A stretch of DNA of 64,000 nucleotides from assembly GCA_015493495.1 (NCBI GenBank), contig WGDB01000033.1:7479-71478 (forward strand), written 5' to 3'. Shown here piece by piece: positions 34,553 to 46,200 of the stretch. Source of the DNA: Helicobacteraceae bacterium. Lineage in GTDB: Bacteria > Campylobacterota > Campylobacteria > Campylobacterales > Sulfurimonadaceae. A program made the translations under genes and the position numbers. The notes under the pieces were generated by a model. It did not search any database and was not told where the DNA came from. It worked only from the letters and a program-made list of their open reading frames with translations. Every line of letters starts with the position of its first letter. Within the stretch, counting starts at the first letter, position 1.

Positions 34553-35990
34553 GATTGGAGACCATTCTGTGTGCTAAGGCAGTAGGATAACCGCGCTGTT
34601 TACAAAATATTTCTGCCTGAGCTGTTATTTTATTTTCATCCATCTTTTTCATCTCATAAAATGCTCTGTTTCCATAACTGTGGGGTTCAAGTAAGTTCAG
34701 TTTTATAAGCTCCTTTGTAATGGCATCGGCCATAGTCAAGACAGAGGAGGCTTTAACGATCTCACAACGGGCGTAACGCTCACTGTCAAATGAGACTGCT
34801 GCTGCACGCAGCGTTGCATCTTCTCCTGGAATTTGCTGTGCTCCATATAGGGGTTTAGAAGCCACTTGCCCAGAAATAAACTCAGGAATAAAGTTACTGA
34901 GATAGTCTATGGCACTTTGAGAGCGTCTTATGGCATCGGTGAACTTCCAGCTTTTAGTAATCTTCTCTATGTACTTTTGGTCGAGTTTGGGTTGGGCACT
35001 CAGTGCAGAACTTTTGACCAGTCCATCTTCAAAAAGTGTGATGGAATTGGTCATACCGTGAAGCTGAAAATAACCGCCAGGGTAGGGTGTGAACTGTGCC
35101 ATACCCTGCGGGGTGCCGCGTTCTCCGTAGAAAACAAGTTCCGGCCATTGATTTAAGGCTGTTTTCCATCGTGTCACATAGGCCGCTTTAAACTCGACAA
35201 GACGTTCGCGTTTGAGGCTTAAGAGGTCATCTATCTCTCCGGTCTGAAAACCTGCTGCGTTGATGATATAGTCAAAAGAGTCATTTCCTTCAAGAGTGCT
35301 TTTTTCATAGCCAACACGCCAACAATTTTCACTTTTAGTAATGCTTGAGACACGTGTGTTACATTTTATACTCACATTCTTCAGCGTATTAAGAGCTAAG
35401 GTGACAGTGGCTGCTATACGAAACATATTAAGTCCATACTCTTGGACCATGACAAGCGGAAATTTGACCTTGTTAAGATCTATACTTTTGGCGACAGGCA
35501 CCATCCATCTATCGAGATGGTCCAATGTCTGATCATCATCTTTATCGATCAGTGCTTCGATCCTAGCTCTCTCATAGAGTCGAAAATAGTCCTGGGGTTG
35601 ACCAAGTACTTGGTTTAAAGGATCTTTTTTGATTAAAGCCTCATATTCTAAACGTAAGGTATTGAGACGGGGGTAAAGATGCTCTGCTTCACCTTGATCT
35701 TGCAGTGGAACGGCGATGACAGTAGGTCGATAGTCTATAGCATGTGGATAGAGTCGTAATAGCTCTATGGACTCTTTGAGCAGTGTCACACACTGTGCTT
35801 CAGAGATCTCTCTGTAGAGGTTGCCTCCGGCATGAAGATGACACATAGGTGGACCATCTACCAATGAACTGCTCTTTTCAAAGAGAGTAACATCAAGACC
35901 CAAACGGCCAAGTTGCAGTGCAACACTCGAACCTGCAATACCGCCACCAATAATGGCTATCTTTGTAGTATTGTTTGCGCTTTTGGACAT
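34533..35990 (-). CDS. FAD-dependent oxidoreductase
   Basis: 485 aa. N-terminal KIAIIGGGIAGSSVAL dinucleotide-binding fold. Confidence 0.75.
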   Translation of the reverse strand: MSKSANNTTKIAIIGGGIAGSSVALQLGRLGLDVTLFEKSSSLVDGPPMCHLHAGGNLYREISEAQCVTLLKESIELLRLYPHAIDYRPTVIAVPLQDQGEAEHLYPRLNTLRLEYEALIKKDPLNQVLGQPQDYFRLYERARIEALIDKDDDQTLDHLDRWMVPVAKSIDLNKVKFPLVMVQEYGLNMFRIAATVTLALNTLKNVSIKCNTRVSSITKSENCWRVGYEKSTLEGNDSFDYIINAAGFQTGEIDDLLSLKRERLVEFKAAYVTRWKTALNQWPELVFYGERGTPQGMAQFTPYPGGYFQLHGMTNSITLFEDGLVKSSALSAQPKLDQKYIEKITKSWKFTDAIRRSQSAIDYLSNFIPEFISGQVASKPLYGAQQIPGEDATLRAAAVSFDSERYARCEIVKASSVLTMADAITKELIKLNLLEPHSYGNRAFYEMKKMDENKITAQAEIFCKQRGYPTALAHRMVSNPNDLPS

Positions 35991-35994
35991 TGTC

Positions 35995-36675
35995 TTACTT
36001 TACTAGGTACTTTAAAAGTTCTGCAAAATCACTAACAATGATGTCGGGATCATACACAGAGATCTCTTCATCATAATTATAACCGTAGGTGACACCAATA
36101 CTCTGCATATGGGCTCTGTTGGCAGCGAGAAGATCGTTTTTGGAGTCACCGATCATTACTGCCTCGTCAACAGTAGTCCCAAGCTTTTCACAAACATGCA
36201 GTAGAGGCATAGGATGTGGTTTTCGCTCAGGCAGTGAGTCTCCCCCGATAAAGTATTCAAAGTACTGTTCGAGAGAGAGAGCTTCGAGTATAGGTGAGAC
36301 AAAGTCAACAGGTTTGTTGGTCACGATGGCCAGACGGTAGCCCCTTTTCTGTAGCTGTTGCAGTGTTGTGACGACATTTTCATAGGGTTTGGTATGAAGC
36401 GCAAGGTTTTTAGAATAGTGTGTTAAAAAGATATTCAATGCTTGCATGAAGTGTGCCTCATCTATGGTCTCGTCAATAGTAACAGAACCACTGAGCGCAC
36501 GTTTGACAAGGGTCTGTGCTCCGTTGCCTACCCATAAACGTATGAGATGCTCGTCATAGGCATGGTATCCAAGTTCTGTAAGCATGTGGTTGACTGCGGC
36601 AGCAAGATCAGGAACACTGTCGATCAAGGTTCCATCAAGATCAAAAACAATCAATTTTTTGGGGCTAAGTATCAT
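35995..36675 (-). CDS. gph: Phosphoglycolate phosphatase (HAD family)
   Basis: 226 aa. FDLDGTLIDS, VTNKP and GDSKNDL HAD motifs. Confidence 0.8.
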   Translation of the reverse strand: MILSPKKLIVFDLDGTLIDSVPDLAAAVNHMLTELGYHAYDEHLIRLWVGNGAQTLVKRALSGSVTIDETIDEAHFMQALNIFLTHYSKNLALHTKPYENVVTTLQQLQKRGYRLAIVTNKPVDFVSPILEALSLEQYFEYFIGGDSLPERKPHPMPLLHVCEKLGTTVDEAVMIGDSKNDLLAANRAHMQSIGVTYGYNYDEEISVYDPDIIVSDFAELLKYLVK

Positions 36676-36884
36676 CTTCTACCTTGTAGGCGTAATAGTC
36701 TATTATAGGTTATATTATAACAAATAGGTCAGGTTTCAAGATTAATGAATACTCTTGATCGCAAAAATGAAAGAATAATATTTACACTTTTTTCTCTTTA
36801 CAATAGGGTTAAATCTGTATAAGTCTCTTAGTTAGTTGTATTTTAAAGGATGTTGATTTATACTATATTATAAAGGAGTTTACT

Positions 36885-38351
36885 ATGAAACAACCAATAT
36901 ATTTATCTATTTTAAGTGTAGCATTTCTAGCTGGCTTAACGGTAGGGTGTAGTAATGACAATAGTGATGATGGTGTTGCAAAAGAGGGACTGAGACTCTC
37001 AGGAGATTTTGGCAGTGCTTATGCCTACTATCAGCCACCGTGGTATGAACGACTTGTGACACCGGTGCATGCAAGCAGTAGTTATGATTCAATTGAGAAC
37101 TCTATCGCCATTCCAATAGCCAGCGATCGTATTATGATGGATGCGGCGATACCACTCGATATCAAAAGTGATGGCACCTTTACAGCTGAGATCACAAAAG
37201 AGTACGGCTGGATTGTTCTTTTGGACAAAGGAAATGGTAACTATAGTTTTTTGAGTGTTCCGATGAGTGTGGATAGTAATGATTCACTAATCACTTTTTT
37301 CCCGAAAACGGATGTTGATTTTGGAAAGATCGAGTATAAAAGTGCCACTGATGAAGCAGAGAGTGAAAGTAACGCCAGTGAATTGGCAGAAAAATTTATC
37401 TTTTCTCTGGAGCAGTTGGGTGATATTTCAAAGTCGGATGATGCCTTTAAGGCGGTAGCAAACAGCTATCGCAACAATTATGCCAAGAGTGACAAGGCCC
37501 AGATCAGCGAAGTGATGCATATCGTTTCAGTAGCGGTGCCAAAACTCGAACCTGATGTTTCTGTGTTGGCAAACAAATATCAGGGATTTATGATGGAATT
37601 TGAGTTTGGCCCGGAGACATTACTGGCACAAAATGGTGTTAATATCTGTGATAACACACTTAAAGTAGGGCTGAAGTACCCTGATGAGAGTTTCAAACTC
37701 GCTACAGACAGCCAAGATTATCTTTCTGCTTTGATGAGTGGCAATATGGTGCCGGACGAAAACCATCATCCTGTACCCTATTTGGCTTGTGCCGTTCAGG
37801 AAAATTTTGTCATCTCTTACTTTAGAGACACGAACAGTTCGGGTGGGACACTGAGCTTCTTCAGAGGTGAGTCGACAGATATGTTAGCCCAGAATTTGGA
37901 GCTTCCAAATGGACTCTTTACTTTGCAGTTGCAAGATGGTGATGTAAACACGAGTGTGGCTCAGTATGAACTCAACTATAGCCTACCAATGAAGAATGGT
38001 GAACTTCTGCTGCCTGTTCCAGAATTTACGCTGCATAAAAATGGTAGATTTATTGACTATGCCGATGTTAAATGGTATCTGTACAATCAAAGTAGCGGTG
38101 AGTACAAAGGTATCGAAGATTTTACATCGTTTGCACCGATGCTACGCGATATTACTTCCGGTATGTGGCTGGTAACCAATGGCGGTACGGGACATGATCA
38201 AGGACTCAATTTTAATGAAAAGTATGATCGTATCGATATGATAACGTCGGAGATAATATGGGCCGATGTGACGGATCTTCGTCTGCGTGTGCAGTATGAC
38301 ATGGGCAATACCCACATGCGTTTTCAGGCGACTAACGTCGGTCTCCAGTAA
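36885..38351 (+). CDS. Lipoprotein of unknown function
   Basis: 488 aa. Signal peptide with lipobox LTVGCSN. No recognised domain. Confidence 0.7.
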   Translation: MKQPIYLSILSVAFLAGLTVGCSNDNSDDGVAKEGLRLSGDFGSAYAYYQPPWYERLVTPVHASSSYDSIENSIAIPIASDRIMMDAAIPLDIKSDGTFTAEITKEYGWIVLLDKGNGNYSFLSVPMSVDSNDSLITFFPKTDVDFGKIEYKSATDEAESESNASELAEKFIFSLEQLGDISKSDDAFKAVANSYRNNYAKSDKAQISEVMHIVSVAVPKLEPDVSVLANKYQGFMMEFEFGPETLLAQNGVNICDNTLKVGLKYPDESFKLATDSQDYLSALMSGNMVPDENHHPVPYLACAVQENFVISYFRDTNSSGGTLSFFRGESTDMLAQNLELPNGLFTLQLQDGDVNTSVAQYELNYSLPMKNGELLLPVPEFTLHKNGRFIDYADVKWYLYNQSSGEYKGIEDFTSFAPMLRDITSGMWLVTNGGTGHDQGLNFNEKYDRIDMITSEIIWADVTDLRLRVQYDMGNTHMRFQATNVGLQ

Positions 38352-38424
38352 CTTTCTTGTCTTGGGGCAATAAAGATATACACGCTATTCGCTATAATCG
38401 CAAAAATTATTAGCGGATAGTACT

Positions 38425-39594
38425 ATGTTCACACCAGACAAACCTCAAAACTATTTTCTCTCTCAAGTGCATCAACCCTTTTTTCTTTCAGGTGTTATTT
38501 TTGCCATAATCGTCATGGTGATGTTTATGCTTGGTTATAAAGGTATTTTACCTCTGCAAGTCGATGCGGCACTTTTTCATAGTTACTCACTGATCTATGT
38601 TGTCTTTACGCAGTTTTTTACCGGCTTTATTTTTACAACCTTTCCCCGTTTTTGTCAGAGTGAGGTGATTGGGAAGTCATACTACCTGCGAACATGGTTT
38701 GTTCAACAGGCGGGAGCTGTACTTTTTCTGCTTGGCTCTGTCTTCTCATCGGAGTTGATGTATCTGGGTGTCACAGTACTGCTGATGGCAAATATCGCTA
38801 TCGTCTACAAGCTGCGTGAGATCTACACTAATACACCCGAAGCAATGCGCCATGATCCAAAGTGGATACTGGTCGGCTTTTTTATGGGCCTTTTTGCCCA
38901 CTTTCTGTATCTGTTAGCTTTGGCTGGAATAGATGGCAGTGCAGTTGCTATTGGACTCAATCTTTACTTGGTCTTTGTTACCTTTGCTGTTGGTCAGCGT
39001 ATGGTTCCTTTTTTCAGTCACAGTTTTGCTGAAAAGAACGAGAAATTCGTACCTGCGGTCTTTGGTGCTCTGGTTGTGAAGGTGATAGCTGTTGATTTTG
39101 ATCTCTCTTATCTGGAGATTGTTGTTGATATCGCTTTGGGTCTGTTGATCCTGATGGAAATAAGACGTTGGAAACTCCCATGGAAGGGCTCTCCAGCTAT
39201 TTTACAGATATTACATGTCTCTCTTTACTGGCTGGTGATTGCGCTGCTACTGGGCGGTATGGAACGTCTTGCGGAAGTTCTGGGTAATCTAAACTTTATG
39301 CAGATGGGTGTCCATATGCTGGCGCTTGGCTTTGTGACTACGATGCTGATCGGTTTTGGAACGCGGGTCACACTGGGACACTCTGGACAACCTCCACATG
39401 CTGACAGTACAACACTAAAGATCTTCTACCTTTTACAAGCCGTTGTATTAGGTCGTATTCTCTTTTCTGTAGTTATGGGTGCAGGGTTTAACATGTTCTG
39501 GATGTTTGATCTCTCTATAACCCTTTGGCTACTACTTTTTATCTTTTGGTCGGTACGTTTTGGACCGGTACTCTTTAGTGGTAAAAAACTGTAA
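38425..39594 (+). CDS. NnrS-like polytopic membrane protein
   Basis: 389 aa with about 12 TM. Size and His-containing helices resemble the NnrS family. This assignment is tentative. Confidence 0.5.
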   Translation: MFTPDKPQNYFLSQVHQPFFLSGVIFAIIVMVMFMLGYKGILPLQVDAALFHSYSLIYVVFTQFFTGFIFTTFPRFCQSEVIGKSYYLRTWFVQQAGAVLFLLGSVFSSELMYLGVTVLLMANIAIVYKLREIYTNTPEAMRHDPKWILVGFFMGLFAHFLYLLALAGIDGSAVAIGLNLYLVFVTFAVGQRMVPFFSHSFAEKNEKFVPAVFGALVVKVIAVDFDLSYLEIVVDIALGLLILMEIRRWKLPWKGSPAILQILHVSLYWLVIALLLGGMERLAEVLGNLNFMQMGVHMLALGFVTTMLIGFGTRVTLGHSGQPPHADSTTLKIFYLLQAVVLGRILFSVVMGAGFNMFWMFDLSITLWLLLFIFWSVRFGPVLFSGKKL

Positions 39595-39692
39595 AAGTAC
39601 TGAAATTTCTTAAAACATCTGACTGACTCTAAGAGTATACCCCCTCCAAAGCGGTGATAGGCTATAATCGCGCGAAATATGCAGAGGTGTAC

Positions 39693-40442
39693 ATGTTAGA
39701 GATTATTGAACTTCTTTTTTTAGGCGCTGCTGTCGGAACGCTTTCGGGCTTCTTTGGTGTTGGTGGAGGTACTATTTTGGTACCGGCACTGCTTCTTATG
39801 GGCTATGATATGAAAGTGGCTATTGGCATCTCAGTGGTACAGATGGTCTTCAGTTCCATCTACGGCTCATACTTGAACCTTAAAAAAGGGACGCTTGACA
39901 CGAAGATGGTCGCGATGATCGGTGCGGGTGGTTTTGCCGGTGCGCTTTTGAGCCCCTACATCATTAAAACCCTTCCTACTGAAGTTTTGGAGTGGATCTT
40001 CCTCTCTTTTGTACTTTTTGCTTTGGCACGTATGTTTTTTAAGACCAAAGAACATCAGGATGAACGCAGTGCCCACCCTCTCATACTTTTGAGCATCGGC
40101 GCTGTTCTGGGTGCTTTTGCCATCTCTATTGGTGTCGGAGGCTCTATACTGTTGGTGCCGATCCTGGTCGGTTTCTTGCATGTCCCGCTCAAAAAAGCGG
40201 TCTCGGCAGGACTCTTTTTTGTCGTCTTCTCTTCGCTTTCGGGTTTTATTGGCCTAAGTATCGCGGGGGAGATCGACTATCAAAGCGGTGTCATCATCGG
40301 TCTCGCTTCTTTAGTGGGTGTTGCTGGTGGTATCTGGCTTAAACATCATGTACATGATACACATCACAGGTTGGCGCTGATGCTCTTTTACATCAGTGTT
40401 GCATCATATATACTTTATAGATTGGTAGGTTCAAATGGATAA
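39693..40442 (+). CDS. TauE/SafE family sulfite/anion exporter
   Basis: Start at ATG 39693 (AGAGG RBS). The longer ORF start at 39654 lies inside the GCTATAAT -10 box. Duplicated FGVGGGTILVP / GVGGSILLVP motifs. Confidence 0.8.
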   Translation: MLEIIELLFLGAAVGTLSGFFGVGGGTILVPALLLMGYDMKVAIGISVVQMVFSSIYGSYLNLKKGTLDTKMVAMIGAGGFAGALLSPYIIKTLPTEVLEWIFLSFVLFALARMFFKTKEHQDERSAHPLILLSIGAVLGAFAISIGVGGSILLVPILVGFLHVPLKKAVSAGLFFVVFSSLSGFIGLSIAGEIDYQSGVIIGLASLVGVAGGIWLKHHVHDTHHRLALMLFYISVASYILYRLVGSNG

Positions 40443-43257
40443 GATCAAAATCACGGGCGCGCGCGAAAATAACTTAAAAAACATCTCTTTAGAGGTTCCT
40501 AAAAATAAACTGGTAGTCTGTACAGGTTTGAGTGGTAGTGGTAAGTCTACACTTGCATTTGGTACACTCTATGCAGAGGGACAACGTCGTTATTTAGAGA
40601 GTCTCTCTAGTTATGCACGTCAGTTTTTAGACCGTATTGGTCAACCCGATGTAGACAAGATCGAGGGGCTGACTCCTGCTATCGCGATAGACCAGAAGAC
40701 GACGTCTAAAAACCCCCGTTCTACAGTAGGAACGATTACTGAGATCTACGACTATTTGCGTCTTCTTTATGCACGTATTGGTGTGCAGCACTGTCACCTG
40801 TGTGGAAAAGAGATCTCACAAATGTCTGCTTCAGACATCATCGATCAGGTTGCCAAACTTCCTATCGGTGCGAAGGTCGTTATCTTGGCACCGCTGATCC
40901 GTGAGAAAAAGGGAACTTTCCATGACCTTTTTGAGTCACTGCGCCACAAGGGTTATGTCCGTGCCATGATCAACGGTGTGATGACCCGTTTGGATGAAGA
41001 GATAGAACTCTCCAAAACCAAAAAACATACCATTAAAGTGGTCATCGACCGTATTGTCATTAAAGAAGACAACCAAGAGCGTATCGCCCAGGATGTTGAG
41101 AAGGCACTTAAAGAGAGTTATGGTGAAGTGGAACTGGAGTTTTTAAACAATGAAGAGATGGGCTACAAAGACCGCATCATTCACTACTCTGAGCACAATG
41201 CCTGTTTTGACTGTAAAGTAAGTTTCGAGCCCTTAGAACCTCTGACTTTTTCATTTAACTCACCTAAGGGTGCCTGTACTGAGTGTGATGGTCTGGGACT
41301 GCGTTATGCCCTTGACCAAGACAAGATCGTCGATGTTGACCTGCCTATAGAGAAGGGTGGGGTGAAGATCATTTATGGTTTCAATAAGGGCTACTATTTC
41401 ACCTTTTTGAAAGGGATGTGTAAACAAAATGGCATCGATATCACCGTGCCTTTTGGTGAGCTCGAAGAGCATCATAAAAAGGCCATCTTGCATGGTGCCA
41501 TCGACGAAGTAGAATTTGAGTGGAAAAACCATCCCATTAAACGTGTCTGGCCGGGGATTATCCGTATCGCTTATGACATGTTCAAAGATGAAAAAGAGCT
41601 TCAAGACTACATGAGTGAAAAGACCTGTAACATCTGTAACGGTAACCGTCTGCGTCGTGAGTCTTTAGCGGTTGATGTAGCAGGTAAAAAGATCTTCGAG
41701 GTGATAGAACTGCCTATAGCCAAGAGTTATGCCTGGTTCAAAGATGAAAAGAACTTTGACTTTATGAGTGCTCAAGACAAGATGATCTCTACGCCGATCT
41801 TAAATGAGATCCGTGAACGTCTCTTCTTCCTGTACGATGTTGGTTTGGGTTATATCACGCTTGATCGTGATGCGCGTTCTATCAGTGGGGGTGAGGCACA
41901 GCGGATTCGTATTGCCTCTCAGATCGGTTCGGGTCTTACGGGTGTGATGTATGTGCTCGATGAGCCAAGTATTGGTCTGCATGAGAGAGATACACTTAAA
42001 CTCATCAGAACCCTGCGTTCACTGCAAGAAAAAGGTAACACCGTCATCGTTGTAGAACATGACAAAGAGACCATCGACAACGCCGACTATATCATCGACA
42101 TTGGTCCGGGTGCGGGTAAGTTCGGTGGAGAGGTTGTTTTTGCGGGAACACGTAAACAGTTGGAAAAAGCAAAAACAGTGACAGCAGACTATCTCTCTGG
42201 TCGTAAGATGATAGAGTATTTTTACCGCCGTCCTCAAGAGAGTTGGTTGGAGATTAACAATGTTAATATTAATAATATTGAAAAATTATCTACAAAGATT
42301 CCACTACAAAACTTTGTCTGTGTGACAGGGGTCAGTGGTAGTGGTAAAAGTTCACTCATCTTACAGACACTCCTTCCTAATGCGCGTGAACTGTTAAACC
42401 ATGCTCGTAAGGTCAACAAGATCGCTGGTGTCGAGATCAACGGTCTGGAGCAACTTGACAAGGTGATCTACTTAGACCAAAGCCCTATCGGTCGTACACC
42501 ACGCTCTAACCCAGCGACCTACACAGGTGTAATGGATGAGATACGTAACCTTTTTGCCAAGACCAAAGAGTCTAATATTAGAGGTTACACCGCTTCACGT
42601 TATAGCTTTAATGTGAAGGGTGGGCGCTGTGAGAAGTGTCAAGGTGAGGGTGAGATCAAGATCGAGATGCATTTCTTGCCAGATGTTCAGGTGAAGTGTG
42701 ATGCCTGTCATGGTACCCGTTACAATGCACAGACACTTGAAATACAATACAAAGGTAAAAGCATCTCAGATGTTCTTGCTATGAGTGTGGAAGAGGCCTT
42801 TAACTTCTTTGAGCCGATCCCTAAGATACACATCAAGCTCAAAACCCTTGTGGATGTCGGCCTGGGTTACATCACACTCGGTCAAAATGCTGTCACACTC
42901 TCGGGTGGTGAAGCACAGCGTATTAAGCTGGGTAAAGAGTTAGGACGTAAAGACACGGGGCGTACACTGTATATCTTAGATGAGCCTACAACAGGACTTC
43001 ACTTTGCCGATGTGGACCGTCTTACGGGTGTGCTCCATCACTTTGTGGAACTTGGAAACTCTGTCTTGGTCATCGAACACAACTTAGACATGGTGAAAAA
43101 TGCTGACTACATCATCGATATGGGTCCTGAAGGGGGCTCTGGTGGTGGTCAGATCGTTGCTGTTGGTACACCAGAAGAGGTCGCGGCTTCTCATAAAGAG
43201 ACGGGCTCCTACACAGGTGAATATTTACAGACAGAATTGGCACTACACAAAAAATAG
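40435..43257 (+). CDS. uvrA: Excinuclease ABC subunit A
   Basis: 940 aa. Two ABC modules (GLSGSGKSTLAF, GVSGSGKSSL) and zinc-finger Cys clusters. Confidence 0.97.
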   Translation: MDKIKITGARENNLKNISLEVPKNKLVVCTGLSGSGKSTLAFGTLYAEGQRRYLESLSSYARQFLDRIGQPDVDKIEGLTPAIAIDQKTTSKNPRSTVGTITEIYDYLRLLYARIGVQHCHLCGKEISQMSASDIIDQVAKLPIGAKVVILAPLIREKKGTFHDLFESLRHKGYVRAMINGVMTRLDEEIELSKTKKHTIKVVIDRIVIKEDNQERIAQDVEKALKESYGEVELEFLNNEEMGYKDRIIHYSEHNACFDCKVSFEPLEPLTFSFNSPKGACTECDGLGLRYALDQDKIVDVDLPIEKGGVKIIYGFNKGYYFTFLKGMCKQNGIDITVPFGELEEHHKKAILHGAIDEVEFEWKNHPIKRVWPGIIRIAYDMFKDEKELQDYMSEKTCNICNGNRLRRESLAVDVAGKKIFEVIELPIAKSYAWFKDEKNFDFMSAQDKMISTPILNEIRERLFFLYDVGLGYITLDRDARSISGGEAQRIRIASQIGSGLTGVMYVLDEPSIGLHERDTLKLIRTLRSLQEKGNTVIVVEHDKETIDNADYIIDIGPGAGKFGGEVVFAGTRKQLEKAKTVTADYLSGRKMIEYFYRRPQESWLEINNVNINNIEKLSTKIPLQNFVCVTGVSGSGKSSLILQTLLPNARELLNHARKVNKIAGVEINGLEQLDKVIYLDQSPIGRTPRSNPATYTGVMDEIRNLFAKTKESNIRGYTASRYSFNVKGGRCEKCQGEGEIKIEMHFLPDVQVKCDACHGTRYNAQTLEIQYKGKSISDVLAMSVEEAFNFFEPIPKIHIKLKTLVDVGLGYITLGQNAVTLSGGEAQRIKLGKELGRKDTGRTLYILDEPTTGLHFADVDRLTGVLHHFVELGNSVLVIEHNLDMVKNADYIIDMGPEGGSGGGQIVAVGTPEEVAASHKETGSYTGEYLQTELALHKK

Positions 43258-46200
43258 ATGATCAGTTATACCCTTAACGACATCAGGTCGATGACCTCAG
43301 AAGCCTTTTTCAAAAGAGGTTCTGACTACTACTCAGAGCAACGTTCCAGCATAAGAGACTTTGAGATGGTGGCCAGTGATCTTATGGTCATCTCTGCGGT
43401 GACTAAGGGCAGTAGCAACTATGTACAGAGTATCTCCGTTATGCGTGATGAGATGGGTCAGGTCAAACTTAAGGGGCGTTGTTCTTGTCCTGTAGGGCGT
43501 GAGTGCAAACATGTGGTCTCTAGTGCCTTGACCTTCATGGTAGAACATAACTTTCTCTCTCTCAAGTCAAAACCAAAAGTCAGTGAAGGCGAGGCTTGGT
43601 TAGATGCTTTAGAAGCAACACTTACTTCACCTTCTGAACGAAAATCTATCTTAATCTATAGACTCTCCCCTACCACTGAAGCAGGGAAGATGCAACTTGT
43701 TTTCTACCGTGCTCGCCTGCTTAAAAAGGGCGGTTACGGTAAACAAAATCGCATAGAGTACCACCAACTCATAAACAGTTATAACAGTCGGGACTTTTTA
43801 AGTGAGACAGACAAAGAGATACTGGACCTTTTTGGTGCCTTGGAGTCTCGTGTAAACCGTGTTGCCTATATAGAGGGTGAACTTGGTGGGTTACTTCTTC
43901 AAAAGATGGTTGCTACAGGTAATGCTTACTGGCATGGAAACCGTAATACGGCGTTAAGTTTTGGAGAGCGTTTAAAGAGTAGTGTGAAATGGCAAGAGGG
44001 TGGACGAGAGTCTAAGTTGGAGTTAGAACTTCCTAAACATGTTGAAGTCTTAGTAACACAACCTCCTTTTTACGTAGATATCAAAAAACATATAGTGGGC
44101 CGTTTAGAGCTAGAAGGTATGGATGAAAAACATCTGCCTCTCATCTTAAAAGCTCCCGCTATTAAAAACAGAGAAATTCAGGACTTTACCTTAGCGGCAC
44201 TCACTATGCTTCCTTCCTTACCTCTTCCCTCTCGCATGGAGTGTGAAGTTGTTGAGGAAGTACCCGTTGCAAGATTACATCTTTTTAGTGCACTACATGA
44301 GGGTCAAAAAGCCCACATGCTAGAGTTGACCTTTGGTTATGGTAACGACTTGGTTTATGGCGCTGAGGTCGGGGCTATCTCTTTAAGAAAAGAGGATGAG
44401 ACCATCATCAAGGTGATGCGAGATCTTGCTTTCGAAAATGAGGCCAAACAAAGGTTGGAAGTTTTTGGTTTTAGTGAACTTGTAGAAGATACACGAGCAC
44501 TTTTTATGCCGCTTACCAATGGTCTTGAGCTGTGGAGAACCTTTGTGTCCACAGGTATTGCCGAGTTGGAGTCTCTTGGTTTTGAGATTGAGATAGACAG
44601 CAGCTTTATGATGAAGTTCAGTGAGGTTCAGACTGTAGATATTTTGGTGGATGAGAAGCAGGGCTGGTTTGACTTGAACATGCATGTTGAGGTCGAGGGG
44701 CAAGAGGTGAACCTGCTGGAGGTGGTCAGCGAACTGGTCTCCAATGTTGCTACCAATAGTGAGATCCCTGAAACACTTACTTTTGAGCTTCAAGAGAACC
44801 ATTTTGTCACCATTCCTGCGGAACAGTTCCAGCCCATAGTCAAGACAGTCCTGGCGCTTTACAAGGGCGAACGTGTCTCTCGCTTGGAAGTACAGCCTTA
44901 TGAGGTACATACTTTGCCTCAAAAAGCTAAAAAAGTGCACTACAAAGGTAAGGCAACAGCGAGTGTCAACAAACTTCAGGAGGCACTGAAAAACTTTGAA
45001 GGCATTAAAGAAGTCCCCGTCTCTCAAGGACTTCAGGCAACCTTGCGAGACTATCAACAAGAGGGTGTTAACTGGCTGGGCTTTTTGGAAAGTTACGGTT
45101 TTGGCGGTATTTTGGCAGACGACATGGGTCTGGGAAAGACCATTCAGACCCTTGCTTTTTTACAACAGCACAAAGAGCAGGGCGTACTCCAAAACCCTGT
45201 GCTTATTGTTGCACCGACATCACTGCTGAGTAACTGGAAAAATGAGGCTAAAAAGTTTACACCTGACCTGCGTGTCAAGATCCATCATGGTCTTAAACGT
45301 AAAAAAGAGATCGCCTCTATGTCAGACTGTGACATCTTGATCACTACTTATGCGCTACTTTCTCGCGACATTGCACTCTTAGAGCAGATGCAGTTTGACT
45401 TTTTCATCTTAGATGAGGCGCAGAACATCAAAAACCATAAGTCCAAGGCACATGCCGCTGCAAAGAAAGTCAAGGCTAAAAATGCTATAGCACTAAGCGG
45501 TACCCCGATGGAGAACCATCTGGGCGAACTCTGGGCCATCTTCGACGTGGTCATGCCAAACTTCTTAGACGACTACAAAAATTTCAAAACCTTTTATCAG
45601 AGTCCCATAGAAAAAGAGCATGACATGACGCGCTCAGCAATGTTGAGAGAGCGCATCGCCCCCTTTGTCCTTCGCCGCACCAAAGAGAAGGTAGCCAAAG
45701 AGCTTCCTGCCAAGACCATCATGACCAGAAGTATTACCTTTGACAAAGATCAAGCGAAGCTTTATGAGGGCATCCGTATCTCAATGGAGAAGCGTGTACG
45801 CGATGTCATCAAAGAGAAGGGTCTTGGTAAAAGTCACATTACCATACTCGACGCCCTATTAAAACTGCGTCAGGTCTGCTGTGACCCACGACTGGTACCG
45901 CTCGAAGAGGCCAAAGCGGTGCAGCACTCCGCCAAACTGGAGATGTTGCTGGAGTTGGTCGAGGAGTTGTTGGAAGAGGGCAGACGCATCCTCATCTTCT
46001 CTCAGTTCACCACCATGCTCTCTATCATAGAAGAAGCACTTCTGAAAAGAGACATCCCTCTGAGCAAGCTGACAGGAAGCACGACCAACCGTGAAAAAGT
46101 CATAGACAAGTTCACCAGCGGTGAAGCCCACGTCTTTCTCATCTCCCTAAAAGCCGGAGGCGTCGGTCTCAACCTGACCCAGGCCGACACCGTCATCCAC

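Noticed and set aside
44383-45060. 225-aa minus-strand ORF
   Set aside because: It is entirely antisense within the SNF2 helicase gene, with no motif and no RBS.
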